Assembly (NCBI RefSeq): GCF_001194135.2
Contig: NC_069002.1
Location: forward strand, 18,127,927-18,164,540
Source of the DNA: Octopus bimaculoides
Taxonomy: Eukaryota
Direction of reading: 5' to 3'
Length of the DNA stretch: 36,614 bases
This document shows positions 24,701 through 33,699 of the stretch, piece by piece. Numbering within the stretch: the first letter of the stretch is position 1; each line of letters begins with the position of its first letter. Below the pieces are notes generated by a model. The model was given only the letters and a program-made list of their open reading frames with translations, was not told the DNA's origin and ran no database searches. A program made the translations under genes and the position numbers.

Positions 24701-26855
24701 CCCTCTCAGCATTAATCTGCAAAGGATGAAAACATCAGCTGCAACATCAGATGGAAGATCCTATACTATTGGATTAAAGAAGATGTTCCATATGCTCGCT
24801 TGAAAAACCATCTTTTGAAAAAACTTGAGAACCTCCAGTGACTGTGTAAACACCAGGAGCAAGATATTTTATGTCTGCATTTTAAAAAATACATCTTAGC
24901 AGAAATTAAGGATAAACACTGGACACATCATAGACATTCCAGTGTTACTTTATGTAATTTTGATATTTGGATGTCACTGGTTATATATAATGTGAAATTA
25001 ATTATCTCCCCTATGTTTCTCACTGTCTTCTAAATATGCACGTGCATCCAAACATCAATTGCATCGAACATAGTTACTAAACAATCTTGTTGTCTTTAAC
25101 AGCTTGATAGATGGTGAAATAAATATTTTGGCCAGGAACCCTGGGTAGTTGTATTCCACCAGGTTTTTTGTGGTTTTGTTATAATACCTTTATCCTCTTC
25201 ACTGATCAAGTGTTATATAATCTTACCACAGTCATCATCATCATCAAACATCTGTTTTCCATGATGTAATGGATTGGACAGTTCGACAGGAGCTGGTAAA
25301 CCAGAGGGCTGCACCAGGCTCCATTTATCTGTTTTGGCATGGTTTTTTATGGATGGATACCCTTCTTAATGCAAACCATTTTATAGGGTATATTGGGTGC
25401 TTATTACATAGCACCGGTATGGGTACTGTTTATGAAGTGCCAGCACAGGTGTAAAGTATGTAGTGCTTGGACAGGTGCTAATTATGTGGTGTCAGCATGG
25501 GTGCTTATTACATGGCACTGGCATGGATACATTTTACATGGTCCCAGCACAAGTGCCATTCACATGGCACTGGCACAGTTGCTTTTTAAATGACATCAGC
25601 ATGGGTGCTTTTTACATGGCACCAGTACCCACAGGGTTACCAAGTAACTTGCAAGACAAGGACCTTTTTGCTGAGGGAAGGAGAGGGATGAAGAGAAGTG
25701 TCTGTGTACCAGGCAGGAATATAATAGAGGGACAGGGATAGCTGTCTTATTACAGCTTGACAAAAAACAAATATGTATATATGTAGACAACCTAACATAA
25801 CAATCATTCAATATAGGCATATATATATATACACACGAGAATATAGATATGAATACAATTATGTAATCACTGCCATTAGATTGAATCTGCCATCTTTATT
25901 AAACATAATGGGCAAACTATTTGAAAAATATGAATTATCCATGTAATGTTGTTATGGTTTTTAAAATTTGATTTAGCTGTAATTCTCACCAGCTATATAA
26001 ACCCACAACTCTTTGACCCGTAACTAGTTTGGTAAGTGCCAATGCACGAAACTCTAGGCTGTTGAGTCATTCTGTTGCTTCAGCTAAATATTAATAAATA
26101 TATGTATGTGTGTGTGTGTTAATGATTTCAAAGAATTTATATTTGTTTCATTTTCTTTTCAGAACCTCTCCCACTTCTGAGAACCATAATTCTCGAAGAA
26201 ATAGTAAGACAAGACATAAGTCTGTTGAAAATATAAAGAATTTAAATGAGAAAGAAGAAATCGTCACCCAAGTGCCTGTAAGAATATATTTCTATTTCTT
26301 TTAAATCACTGTTTTGTGTTTGCTTTTGGTTAACTGATAAACAGTTTATTGATTTATTTCTCATCTTAGTGAAAAAATAAGAACACTCATTGAGAATTAA
26401 AACCCTTTGGACTTCATGATAATGAGATTACACGATGTTCATACTTTTCACAAATTCATTAGTGATGTAAGTGAAATGATAATTATTAGTAGGTTACAGA
26501 TTTAACTTGTCAACATTTATTCCACTGTGTGTTACTGGAGAATTTTATATCTTTTTTATCAGAATAAATATATTTATTTCCTTTAGCATTCTTTGAACTT
26601 GCAAGCAATGCTGGGTACTTAGGTTAGTATATACATATATAAATGAGAGCACAGTAGTTTGCTTGAAGCATTGTCGTACAGAAGTAGAAAAACAAAAGAA
26701 AGCTTCTAATAATGCAGAAATTGATGTAACTAGACATTTCTTGGACTGTTTCCTTTTGAGGATGGGCCTTTGTGTCTGAAATATAAAGATTTTTGTAAAA
26801 CTTTCTGCATTGTTAAAAACTTTCTTTATTTTCCTTTTCTTTTTCTACACACACA

Positions 26856-26888
<33 letters not shown>

Positions 26889-29800
26889 CCTCACACACAC
26901 AAACACAAAATGATCATTTATTTGCAAATATTGTTGTGAACAAAGTAATACTACAGGCATCAGTAAAAAGAAAGAGTATCATTATCTTTCATTTAGAAAT
27001 CAGGTTTCCTAGTTCAAATCCAGTGCAGAACTGTGAACATCCAGGATTAAGACATGTGATGATGATTGAAAACCAAATAATCTAGTGTTAATGTAACTAT
27101 TAGAACATTTGTTTATTTCTAAAGATGAGGCTAATAGTCAAAACATTTAACACTGTAGTAGCAATAATTATTTAATTGATTATTGTAATTTGCTTGAAGC
27201 ATTGCAATATGTTTAAATGAAATAAACGTTTGAAAAAAAGCACCTTCAAGCAATGCAGGTGAGAAATTAGGCAAAATATATTTAAGGTAATGTCAGTTAA
27301 TGAAATGAAAGAGAAAAGATATTCTATTACAATATTTATCCTCATTTAATCATAGATTTCTGTTAGAATAAACTATACTTTGATAGATAGCATGAGAGAA
27401 ACTTTCATATTGGTATTTGGTGCAAAATGCCAATATGAAAGTTTCTCTCATGGTCTCTACCACAGTATAGCTTGTTCTAATAGAACATCCATGTTTAAGT
27501 GGGGATAAATATTACCTCTAGGTATTAATACTGCCTCTGTTGTTGATCAACAAGTATCCGGACTGTTGTCATAGTAACGAAGCTAAAGATGCTGCTTGGC
27601 AAAGATTGACTTTGAACTCCGCTGTACATGCACATTACAGCAGTGCTTTGAAGGAAGGTGTGTAGTGTGTGATCATTGCAATGACCATGACAGAGAAAGC
27701 TATCATGGCGATACCTGCTCAGAGGCCTTTGCAAAGTTGCAGAAAGTATATGGAGAGGAGTGTATGAGCCACACACTGTACTAATGATTCAGACGTTTCC
27801 AAGATGGCCGAAAAAATGTCGATATTGACTAATGTTCTGGGAGACACACAACCAGCAGAACTGAGAAAAACATCACAGATGTATGTGCAACTGTGAGGGG
27901 AAATCATTGAATCACCATCCTTGAGTTATCAGAAGATGTGCAGGTTAGTTACGGTTCAGTTCAGTCCATTATCGCTGAAGATTTGGGTATGAAACGCATG
28001 TCTGCCAAGTTTGTGACAGAACTGCTTTCAGCTGACCAAAATGACACATGGGTTTCAGTTGCACAAGATCTCCTTGATTGTATCAAGAACGATGAAAAGT
28101 TTTTGAAAACTTTGCATAGGCCTCTGAGCAGATATCACCAAGGTTTTCGCAAAATTTGATGCAGGTTCTTTGCTCAGCTTTCTCTGTCATTGTCAATGCG
28201 ACAATCACACACTACACACCTTCCTCCCAAATACTGCTGTAAACAGGGGAAGTGAGCTAGAACGTTAAAACTTAGTGCACATGCACAGTGAAATTCAAGG
28301 TCAATCTTTGCCTAGCAGCTTCACTCTGCAGGCTTTAGCTTCATTACTATGGCAACAGTTCGGACACTTATTGATCAGAGCACGTATATATGTTACGATA
28401 GTCAATAATCAAAGAGTTACCAGCAGACCTTTCTAATGTATTGCTGATAACAATGCATTTCTCTGATGATTTTTGATGATTTTCTTTTTCCTGTTTGAAA
28501 AGAGAATTCTTTCCTAATATATTATAGGATCAATGAACAGCTTATATAAAGTAATCTAATATCTATACTCTTTGTTTTCATTTAATAATTTAAGTGTTTT
28601 CTTTTATAGCAAGTGACAAGAAATGAAGAAGTGCTCAAACTAAGGAAAAATCACGCAGCAAAGCGTATTCAGAAAGCATGGCACCTACATGATGCAAATA
28701 AACAAGTAAGAGAAAAAAAATGTTTGAATATTCATTCTTGCCTGTTTCTTCGATGACTAATTTCAGAATGAATGATAAATACATATATTATCACCATCGT
28801 TATCATATACTTCTTCATGTTCCTACCTTAATTGTATAATATTTAAAAGTCATAAGGCGGCAAGCTAGCAGAAACGTTAGCACGCTTGGCAAAATGCTTA
28901 GCGGTATTTCATCTGTCTTTACATTGTGAGTTCAAATTCCGTTGAGGTTGACTTTGCTTTTCATCCTTTTAGGGTCGATAAATTAAGTACCTATTGTGTA
29001 CTGGAGTCAACCTAATCGACTGGCCCCCTCCCCCCAAATTTCAGTCCTTGTGCCTAGAGTAGAATAAAAAAAGAGTAGAAAAGAATATTTAAAAGTCATA
29101 TAATATTCCTAATCACTTTAACATTAGTGGCACTTCTTCTTTTCCCAAGCAATGTGGTTTGTTGCATCATTCTTTCAGTGTTGCCCTGTGTCTCTGTTGT
29201 AAAGCTATGGACTGATCAGTCATCACAACTTTTTATTCTTTTGCTTGCTTCAGTCACTGGAGTGTGACCATACTGGAGTAGTGCCTTCATATTTTTTTCT
29301 TTTTCAGTCAATTATTCCAACCCTGGTGCTTAGTATAGTCTGATATTTCTTTATCTGTTTCCATTTATTGAACAGCTAAGTTACCTCATAATGTAAAGTG
29401 ATGCAACTCCAAAACTGAACCCAAAACCACATGTTTGGAAAGCAAGCTTCTTAACCATACACATACATATACAATGAACATATTGTATACCATGTTCAAG
29501 TTCTTCTCCTTCTTCTTCTCTTTCTTTCTTTCTCCACCTCCTCTTATATCTTCATATTCTCTTTCTTGCAATAATTTCATCATATTTCTTTTCAACAGGC
29601 TCTGGTAATAATTCAGGGCACACTCTTAGCACATGCTGCTCGAAAGAAGTTTCTCAAACAATCCAAAAAAGAACTCAAGTTCACCCATCTGTGTGAAGAG
29701 GAAAGTAGCTTAGAGAGATCTGTAAAACTGATACAGTCAGTAGTGAGGGCTCATTACAGCAGGATAAAACAACAGCAGAACTTTAGGTAAGTATTGTTAA

Positions 29801-30655
29801 AAACATTACTAATTAATGACTGGTCAATTTGCCTGGTTCACATTATGAACTGAAATCTAATTGTTTCATTTATCCTACTTTTGGATCAGAGTGCTTCTGT
29901 TTAGTCCCTTGACATGCCAGAAATAATAACCAAATCTCCCTTAACCCTTTAAAATATAAACCAGCTATATCCAGTCTAAATATTCCTCGTGTTTTATGTT
30001 CAAACTGGCCTGATCTAACCTCTTACACCTATCCTACAATATTGTTCTAAAAATAGAGACAATACCATCATCAAAATCTCAAAGCTGTGAGACAATACAT
30101 AATTAATTCAAAACAATATGAATAAATAAGCATTATATTTGGCAGAGTAATTTGAATGCTAAAGGGTTAAGTCCCTCTCTATCATCTTGAGCCAGTGTTG
30201 GAGTATTTATGTGACAAAATTACTTGCAAGAGAGAGCAGTGAAGTCTTTCTCAAATCATACCCTGCAGTGCTGCACCCAAAACTGTCAGAAACATATTTT
30301 CATGATTAGAATTATCAAAGCATAGAATAAACTACCCATGTTTGATGTTTGCTGTCAAGACCCAACATCCTTCAAAAGTTCCTTACTTCCTGAAATTTGC
30401 CAACTTTACTTCTCATGTTCCTATGCACCTTCTATTCTGTGTACTATGCATGTACTTCTAGTTTTCATTGTTTTCTTGACTTATAACCACTTTAAACTTA
30501 CAGCTGCTTTCTGTCCCCTCTTTTACCCTTTCCTGGTGAATTCTAGTACACCTGAGCACTGTATACAATAAGCTCATTGTTATTACTTCTCTTATCTGCA
30601 ACATTTTTTTTTTTACAGGGAAAATTTCAAGATGGAACAAATAGTGCAGAGATAA
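2378..30655 (+). CDS. IQCE: IQ motif-containing protein E ortholog, 5'-partial spliced CDS (13 exons, 435 aa + stop in window)
   Basis: join(2378-2413,7257-7307,7978-8048,10408-10515,11397-11620,16841-16890,17033-17108,17519-17672,23103-23204,26163-26277,28610-28705,29599-29786,30619-30655). Every intron is GT..AG and phases chain into one open frame of 1308 nt. The peptide [82 protein letters not shown]...ENQSLKEDL aligns without gaps to human IQCE as I recall it (QIEQLLD...FVRTL...VINGLKQRILKLEQQCKEKDGTISKLQTDMKTTNLEEMRIAMETYYEEVHRLQ...ENQSLKEDL). C-terminal IQ motifs are present. Confirm by BLAST. Confidence 0.9.
2774..5960 (-). mobile_element. decayed composite of two R4/Dong-like LINEs (RT, CCHC knuckle; RLE end missing)
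   Basis: broken ORFs 5191-5958, 4667-4900, 4226-4663, 3440-3805 and 2776-3492 carry [31 protein letters not shown] and CRLC...HIVSEC; they end at LWDFN. Confidence 0.88.
6350..6400 (-). ncRNA. candidate type I hammerhead ribozyme (core and stems II and III present, stem I degraded)
   Basis: minus strand: CTGAGGA-GGAATG..CATTCT-GAA-AGGC AGA GCCT-A. Confidence 0.4.
7257..7307 (+). CDS. IQCE: IQCE coding exon ([17 protein letters not shown])
   Basis: poly-T tract plus tgatag acceptor, gtaagt donor, phase 0-0. Confidence 0.87.
7455..7640 (+). mobile_element. decayed tRNA-derived SINE
   Basis: degenerate A/B box head (ggtttgattcc) and body similar to the minus-strand copy at 24260-24385. Confidence 0.45.
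7978..8048 (+). CDS. IQCE: IQCE coding exon ([24 protein letters not shown])
   Basis: ttacag acceptor, gtaagg donor, phase 0-2; coiled-coil segment conserved with IQCE. Confidence 0.87.
8085..8236. repeat. (CA)n microsatellite
   Basis: long CA tract; source of the spurious HTHT/VCVC ORFs. Confidence 0.97.
10408..10515 (+). CDS. IQCE: IQCE coding exon ([36 protein letters not shown])
   Basis: tgtcag acceptor, gtaaga donor, phase 2-2; KTTxxEE...ETxYxExxRLQ motif. Confidence 0.9.
10790..11040 (+). mobile_element. decayed tRNA-derived SINE with V-SINE-like core
   Basis: B-box-like gagttcaaatc followed by cctgtgatggattgatgtcctgtccag, resembling the V-domain. Confidence 0.4.
11397..11620 (+). 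CDS. IQCE: IQCE coding exon ([16 protein letters not shown]...ENQSLKEDL...NSETV)
   Basis: atttag acceptor, gtaagt donor, phase 2-1; lies within track ORF 11359..11730. Confidence 0.87.
11960..12900 (+). mobile_element. non-coding hammerhead-bearing repeat (PLE pseudo-LTR or retrozyme-like) ending in (TA)n
   Basis: 12400-12830 is homologous to 17844-18370 (reverse) and 18443-18752; 5' 53-bp inverted duplication; (TA)n at about 12833-12900. Confidence 0.65.
12527..12618 (+). ncRNA. type I hammerhead ribozyme remnant A (G12 mutated to T)
   Basis: stem I GGTTCC/GGAATT, CTGACGA, 13-bp stem II GAAATTATGTGTA/TGCACATAATTTT, tAAAC-ATAT-GT, GUA site. Confidence 0.65.
12940..15392 (-). mobile_element. 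5'-truncated Penelope-like retroelement (RT, thumb, C-terminal GIY-YIG) with inverted copy of its 3' coding end
   Basis: minus strand: [90 protein letters not shown]; plus strand 14903-15391 repeats thumb and EN ([36 protein letters not shown]). Confidence 0.85.
15397..16673 (-). mobile_element. full-length decayed mariner (Tc1/mariner) DNA transposon
   Basis: 28-bp TIRs with 2 mismatches (15400-15427 and 16643-16670), TA flanks, ~1.28 kb; transposase motifs [24 protein letters not shown], with stops and frameshifts. Confidence 0.92.
16841..16890 (+). CDS. IQCE: IQCE coding exon ([17 protein letters not shown])
   Basis: ttttag acceptor, gtgaga donor, phase 1-0. Confidence 0.82.
17033..17108 (+). 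CDS. IQCE: IQCE coding exon ([25 protein letters not shown])
   Basis: tttcag acceptor, gtaaat donor, phase 0-1. Confidence 0.82.
17519..17672 (+). CDS. IQCE: IQCE coding exon ([20 protein letters not shown]...KSEEFE)
   Basis: poly-T tgtcag acceptor, gtgaga donor, phase 1-2; coiled-coil composition. Confidence 0.85.
18067..18148 (-). ncRNA. type I hammerhead ribozyme remnant B (single G12A core change)
   Basis: minus strand: AATTCC CTGAAGA GGAATATATGAG c AGCTC..GAGCT CTCATATATTTT aAAAC ATGT GT A GGAATT. Confidence 0.72.
18442..18526 (+). ncRNA. type I hammerhead ribozyme remnant C (C3 and 5' stem I replaced by (TA)n)
   Basis: aTGACGA tGAATATATG..CATATATTTt GAAAC ATAT GT A GGAATT. Confidence 0.62.
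19060..19420 (-). mobile_element. SINE or LINE 3' end with RTE-type tail ending in (GAT)n
   Basis: reverse complement of the family seen at 21484-21665 and 25235-25690. Confidence 0.55.
19640..20070. repeat. (GGA)n/(GAA)n tracts and a diverged tandem duplication of a ~240-bp unit
   Basis: gagtggtatgata.tagtag.atgttaaatggtcaa...gtgttattctaag occurs twice (about 19696-19826 and 19926-20069), each copy preceded by a purine-triplet tract. Confidence 0.6.
20812..21483. other. assembly gap (672 N)
   Basis: N run next to (TA)n. Confidence 1.
21484..21665 (+). mobile_element. SINE 3' part with RTE-like tail and (GAT)n end
   Basis: gttggcgttaggaagggcatccagctgtagaaac...ccatgctagcatggaaagcggacgttaaacgatgatgat. 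Confidence 0.7.
22011..22783. other. assembly gap (773 N)
   Basis: N run next to (TA)n. Confidence 1.
23103..23204 (+). CDS. IQCE: IQCE coding exon ([34 protein letters not shown])
   Basis: tggcag acceptor, gtatta donor (weak), phase 2-2; an extra exon hidden in the upstream N gaps cannot be excluded. Confidence 0.78.
23462..23612. mobile_element. MITE-like element with 41-bp terminal inverted repeats
   Basis: arms 23462-23502 and 23572-23612, one mismatch, TTAA near both ends; explains [13 protein letters not shown] appearing on both strands in the ORF track. Confidence 0.8.
23657..24046 (-). mobile_element. young full-length tRNA-derived SINE with 12-bp target site duplication
   Basis: minus-strand head with A box TGGCCCAGTGG and B box GGTTTCGATTCC, (CAA)n tail; TSD ATATATAAGCAT at 23645-23656 and 24047-24058. 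Confidence 0.88.
24060..24385 (-). mobile_element. tRNA-derived SINE with internal (TG)n
   Basis: ggttcagtcc...gtggcaccttgggcaagtgtcttctactat on the minus strand; same family as about 7455-7640 and 29215-29470. Confidence 0.6.
25235..25690 (-). mobile_element. SINE with RTE-like tail containing a 9 x 26-bp minisatellite (25395-25628)
   Basis: (GAT)n tail; nine in-phase 26-bp units such as gggtgctttttacatggcaccagtac. Confidence 0.7.
26163..26277 (+). CDS. IQCE: IQCE coding exon ([15 protein letters not shown]...IVTQVP)
   Basis: tttcag acceptor, gtaaga donor, phase 2-0. Confidence 0.8.
27331..27513. repeat. ~183-bp imperfect palindrome (foldback/MITE-like)
   Basis: arms 27331-27418 and 27425-27513; inner 23 bp perfect; half copy in reverse orientation at 24601-24667. 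Confidence 0.85.
27531..28384 (+). mobile_element. non-autonomous mariner derivative with long inverted ends that include the transposase start
   Basis: TA flanks; internal HTH region ([30 protein letters not shown]) truncated before the DDD domain; 28115-28384 is an inverted copy of the left end. Confidence 0.82.
28610..28705 (+). CDS. IQCE: IQCE coding exon with IQ-like motif 1 ([12 protein letters not shown])
   Basis: ttatag acceptor, gtaaga donor, phase 0-0. Confidence 0.87.
28855..29083 (+). mobile_element. full-length tRNA-derived SINE (Meta-domain-like core) with 17-bp TSD
   Basis: B box gagttcaaattcc, core ttttcatccttttagggtcgataaattaagtacc; TSD aatatttaaaagtcata at 28838-28854 and 29084-29100. 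Confidence 0.85.
29599..29786 (+). CDS. IQCE: IQCE coding exon with IQ-like motifs 2 and 3 ([13 protein letters not shown]; [12 protein letters not shown])
   Basis: caacag acceptor, gtaagt donor, phase 0-2. Confidence 0.88.
29945..30166. mobile_element. piggyBac-type MITE
   Basis: TTAA|CCCTTTA...TAAAGGG|TTAA, with TSDs at 29941-29944 and 30167-30170. Confidence 0.75.
30619..30655 (+). CDS. IQCE: probable terminal coding exon of IQCE ([11 protein letters not shown])
   Basis: long poly-T plus ttacag acceptor; phase-2 reading gives TAA at 30653-30655; AATAAA 113 nt further on. Confidence 0.65.
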
Positions 30656-30767
30656 AGACAGATTATACAGTTCTTTAATAATATTCCATATATATATTGT
30701 TGTGTCTGGGGAGAGTTATTTTGACTTTGTGCCTTATACCATATATTTATCAAGTGGCCAGCATGGG

Positions 30768-30773
30768 AATAAA
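30768..30773 (+). promoter_or_regulatory. candidate polyadenylation signal of IQCE
   Basis: first AATAAA after the predicted stop; the hexamer is common in AT-rich DNA. Confidence 0.35.
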
Positions 30774-31449
30774 AACCATCAAAGGTAACAATTATTTAAA
30801 ATTATAATTTAGGGTATCTAAGAGATACTGCTATGCTGATAATAGCAGTCAAATCTTGACTCTAAACCACAATAAATGTATATATGTATATATATATTTA
30901 ATGATAATTAATGATGCATTTTATGAATCAAAATTGAAAACCATTTTTTTTTTTCTACACTTTTTTCTTTTCACTCCTCCTCCTCCTCCTCTGAAATTTA
31001 AATATATTAAATATGTGCTCTGTATAAAACATCTTTAATATATTTAATTCTTCTATTTCTTTCTTTTTTTTAAAAACTTATTCCTGTTTCCCACCAATCA
31101 CAGTATGTGCAAGCAGTTGGCAGAAATATAATTCTTCAAAAACTGCAATAAAAAAAAAATTAAAAAAAATGATCCAAATTTAGTATTCGAATAAATAACT
31201 CATTAAACTATGACAAATATTTAAATAGGATTATATTGTCAATTAAAAAAAAAAAATTCATACTAACAGTACCCTTGAAAATTCCATGGTTATACATTAC
31301 CGTCCATACATAACAGGCATGTCCTGTACGTACCTCTTTCAGCCAAGAGGACCTTGACTTCAGGGCTTACGGGTGCTGGTGTCACATAAGAATCACCTGT
31401 GCTAGTTCCACATAAAACACCTGTTCATAAAAGTGTCCATGCCAGTGCC

Positions 31450-31493
<44 letters not shown>

Positions 31494-31639
31494 GAGCTGT
31501 TACATATAACAACATTGATAATCGTAAACTAGTGAAAGATACTCTAAATCCTAAAAATCAAATTAGTGAAGATAATTTGGAAAACAAGCTATAAACACAA
31601 CAACAATAATTACAGACTAGCAAGTAAAGATATAGAAAG

Positions 31640-32075
31640 TGTTCCACGAAATAAAATGTGTAACTATGCCAAGTAAAGGTGATGTCTGCTCGATTGTAAA
31701 TGCAAAATTAAAGAAATTATGCATAGATGTAAGGTTACATCAAAAGGGCAGTTATATTATTATATAGGAGCTACAGAAAATTATAAAAAAAGAAGGATAG
31801 CTAATTACAAAAACACATTTAAGGATAGAAATAAGAAAAACAGCTTGAGTTTAACTAAACTAATTTGGTCTATTAAAGAAAAAACAAGGACTATACACTA
31901 ACCTGGGAAATAATTAGCCGGGCAAAACCTTACAGCAGAGGGAGTAAAAGATGTGAATTGCATGTCGAAGAAATCTACCAGATTATTATATCAAAATTTA
32001 AATTAATTAACCATAGGCACGAAGGAGTAATTAGTTGTGTTCATCAAGCTAAACATATGTATAATAGGTACAAAT
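31640..32075 (+). mobile_element. Penelope-like element GIY-YIG endonuclease remnant
   Basis: CLLDCKC..CKVT..YYYIGATENYKKRR..LTKLIW then WEIISRAKPYSRGSKRCEL..E; same domain as 13650-14090. Confidence 0.75.
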
Positions 32076-32282
32076 AATTGCATGATAATATTAAGTAAAA
32101 CTAAAGTATAAGGTTAGTTAGAAATGTAAACTAAAGGTTAATTTAATATAACTTATAATAAATATTATAGAACAAATATATGCTAACCAATTAATTGAAT
32201 ATCCATAAAATTAAATTAGATTATATGAACAGTAATTGAGAAATATGTCCTTATATTAATGATTAATAATAATAATAATAAC

Positions 32283-32330
<48 letters not shown>

Positions 32331-33081
32331 GATATAAATAATAGTAGTAAGAACAACAATTATAGGGGTGGCCGCGGGCATAGTATGAATAGTAGTAATC
32401 AAATGAACTGGAGATGGCAATGCTACAAACATTAATTACAAGAAATCGATCTTAAGAACTCAAAAGTGATGAATAGTAATATGACCTACATTTATGGCAG
32501 CTAATTCCTCCCTTTGACCTGTAGGCTTAAAAGGTTAGTTTGAGCTATTTTTAGAATGATACTCCATGTAGCTGAATAAACAAATATATAAAAAGAATTT
32601 TTTCGGTTCCATTTAGAAGAAATCAAATTAGTAGACAAAATGCCCTGATGAAGCCCTTGATGGATTGTAGCATCATAATGCACTAAAAGATGAAGAAAAT
32701 ACACCTTGATAGCAGTGAAAATATTATGTAGATGGAAAAAGAAAGCACATAAAAGACTACATAATAAAAAATTGGATATTCTCTGTTCCCTGTTTCCCTT
32801 AAACTGATTCATTATATATATATATGTGTGTGTGTGTGTGTCATTGTAAGATCCAAGGATCTAAGTGTAGGAAGTTAGTAAGCTTTGAGCAGTCAGTGGT
32901 AGATATAAAAACAACTTTAACAAACTAGTTTATTGGTGTAGAAGGTTATATACTTTTCCTATTTTGAAGTTCGATAAACTGAAAAATGTTTTTTTATAGT
33001 TCATGGTTAGTAATGAATGTGAATAAAAATTCAAACTGAGGGAATGGTACAAGTAAAATCTAGGCTATATAGCAGATCTTT

Positions 33082-33320
33082 ACATTGACCCCAGTGCATA
33101 ACTGGTATTTTATTGACCCCCAAAAAGATGAAAGGCAAAGTCAACCTTGGCGGAATTTGAACTCAGAACATAAAGAAGGATGAAATACCACTAAGCATTT
33201 CACCCAGCATGCTAACAATTCTGCCAGATTGCCACCTTGATAATAATAATAATAATAATAATAATCTAGGAATAAGGTCCAAAATTTTGGGGGAGGGGGC
33301 CAGTCGATTAGATAGCCTTG
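33082..33320 (-). mobile_element. circularly permuted SINE unit flanked by 13-bp direct repeats
   Basis: mid-SINE to head, (TAA)n, then SINE tail; atagcagatcttt at 33069-33081 and 33321-33333. Confidence 0.7.
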
Positions 33321-33699
33321 ATAGCAGATCTTTGGAAGTAATAATTACTCAATGAAGGGGTACTCCACTAGCTACTCATCAGGCCGAAGATACCTTAGTT
33401 AAATGAAAGTTACATTGTCATTAAGGAATCCCAAGTTAACTCACCAGAAATATAATTTAAAATGAATGGTGAAGCCAGAAGAATGGAGTCAAAAAACAAA
33501 ATAGAAAAATATATGTATGAGGAAATAAAATGGTCAGTAATAGAAAGGAAGGGTGATGAGAGGTAAAAGTTTCTAGCCATTAGGGGAACATATGTGAAAA
33601 TATAGTTAAAAACAATTTCATGCTATAAATACATACAAGAGCTTCAAGTGTGGGGTGAGAATGCAGAAGGATTAGTTTGGGAATAATTGGGGAGGACAC

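Noticed and set aside
24700-24930. Stop-interrupted reading frame ([25 protein letters not shown]) that might be an old transposase
   Set aside because: No diagnostic motif that I can assign; it needs a profile search.
25395-25628. CRISPR-like periodic palindromic repeats
   Set aside because: The units are contiguous with no unique spacers, the context is eukaryotic and there are no cas genes; it is a minisatellite.
27975-28002. Hammerhead-like string CTGAAGA-tttgggtat-GAAAC-GCAT-GTC
   Set aside because: Stems I and II do not pair, and it coincides with the conserved mariner coding motif [10 protein letters not shown], so it is a coding coincidence.
32617-32686. Possible alternative last exon of IQCE (RNQISRQNALMKPLMDCSIIMH*)
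   Set aside because: The acceptor is phase-compatible but mediocre, there is no recognisable similarity, and a stronger terminal exon exists at 30619.
33340-33392. Minus-strand CTGATGAGTAGC..GTAC
   Set aside because: No GAAA follows the putative stem II.
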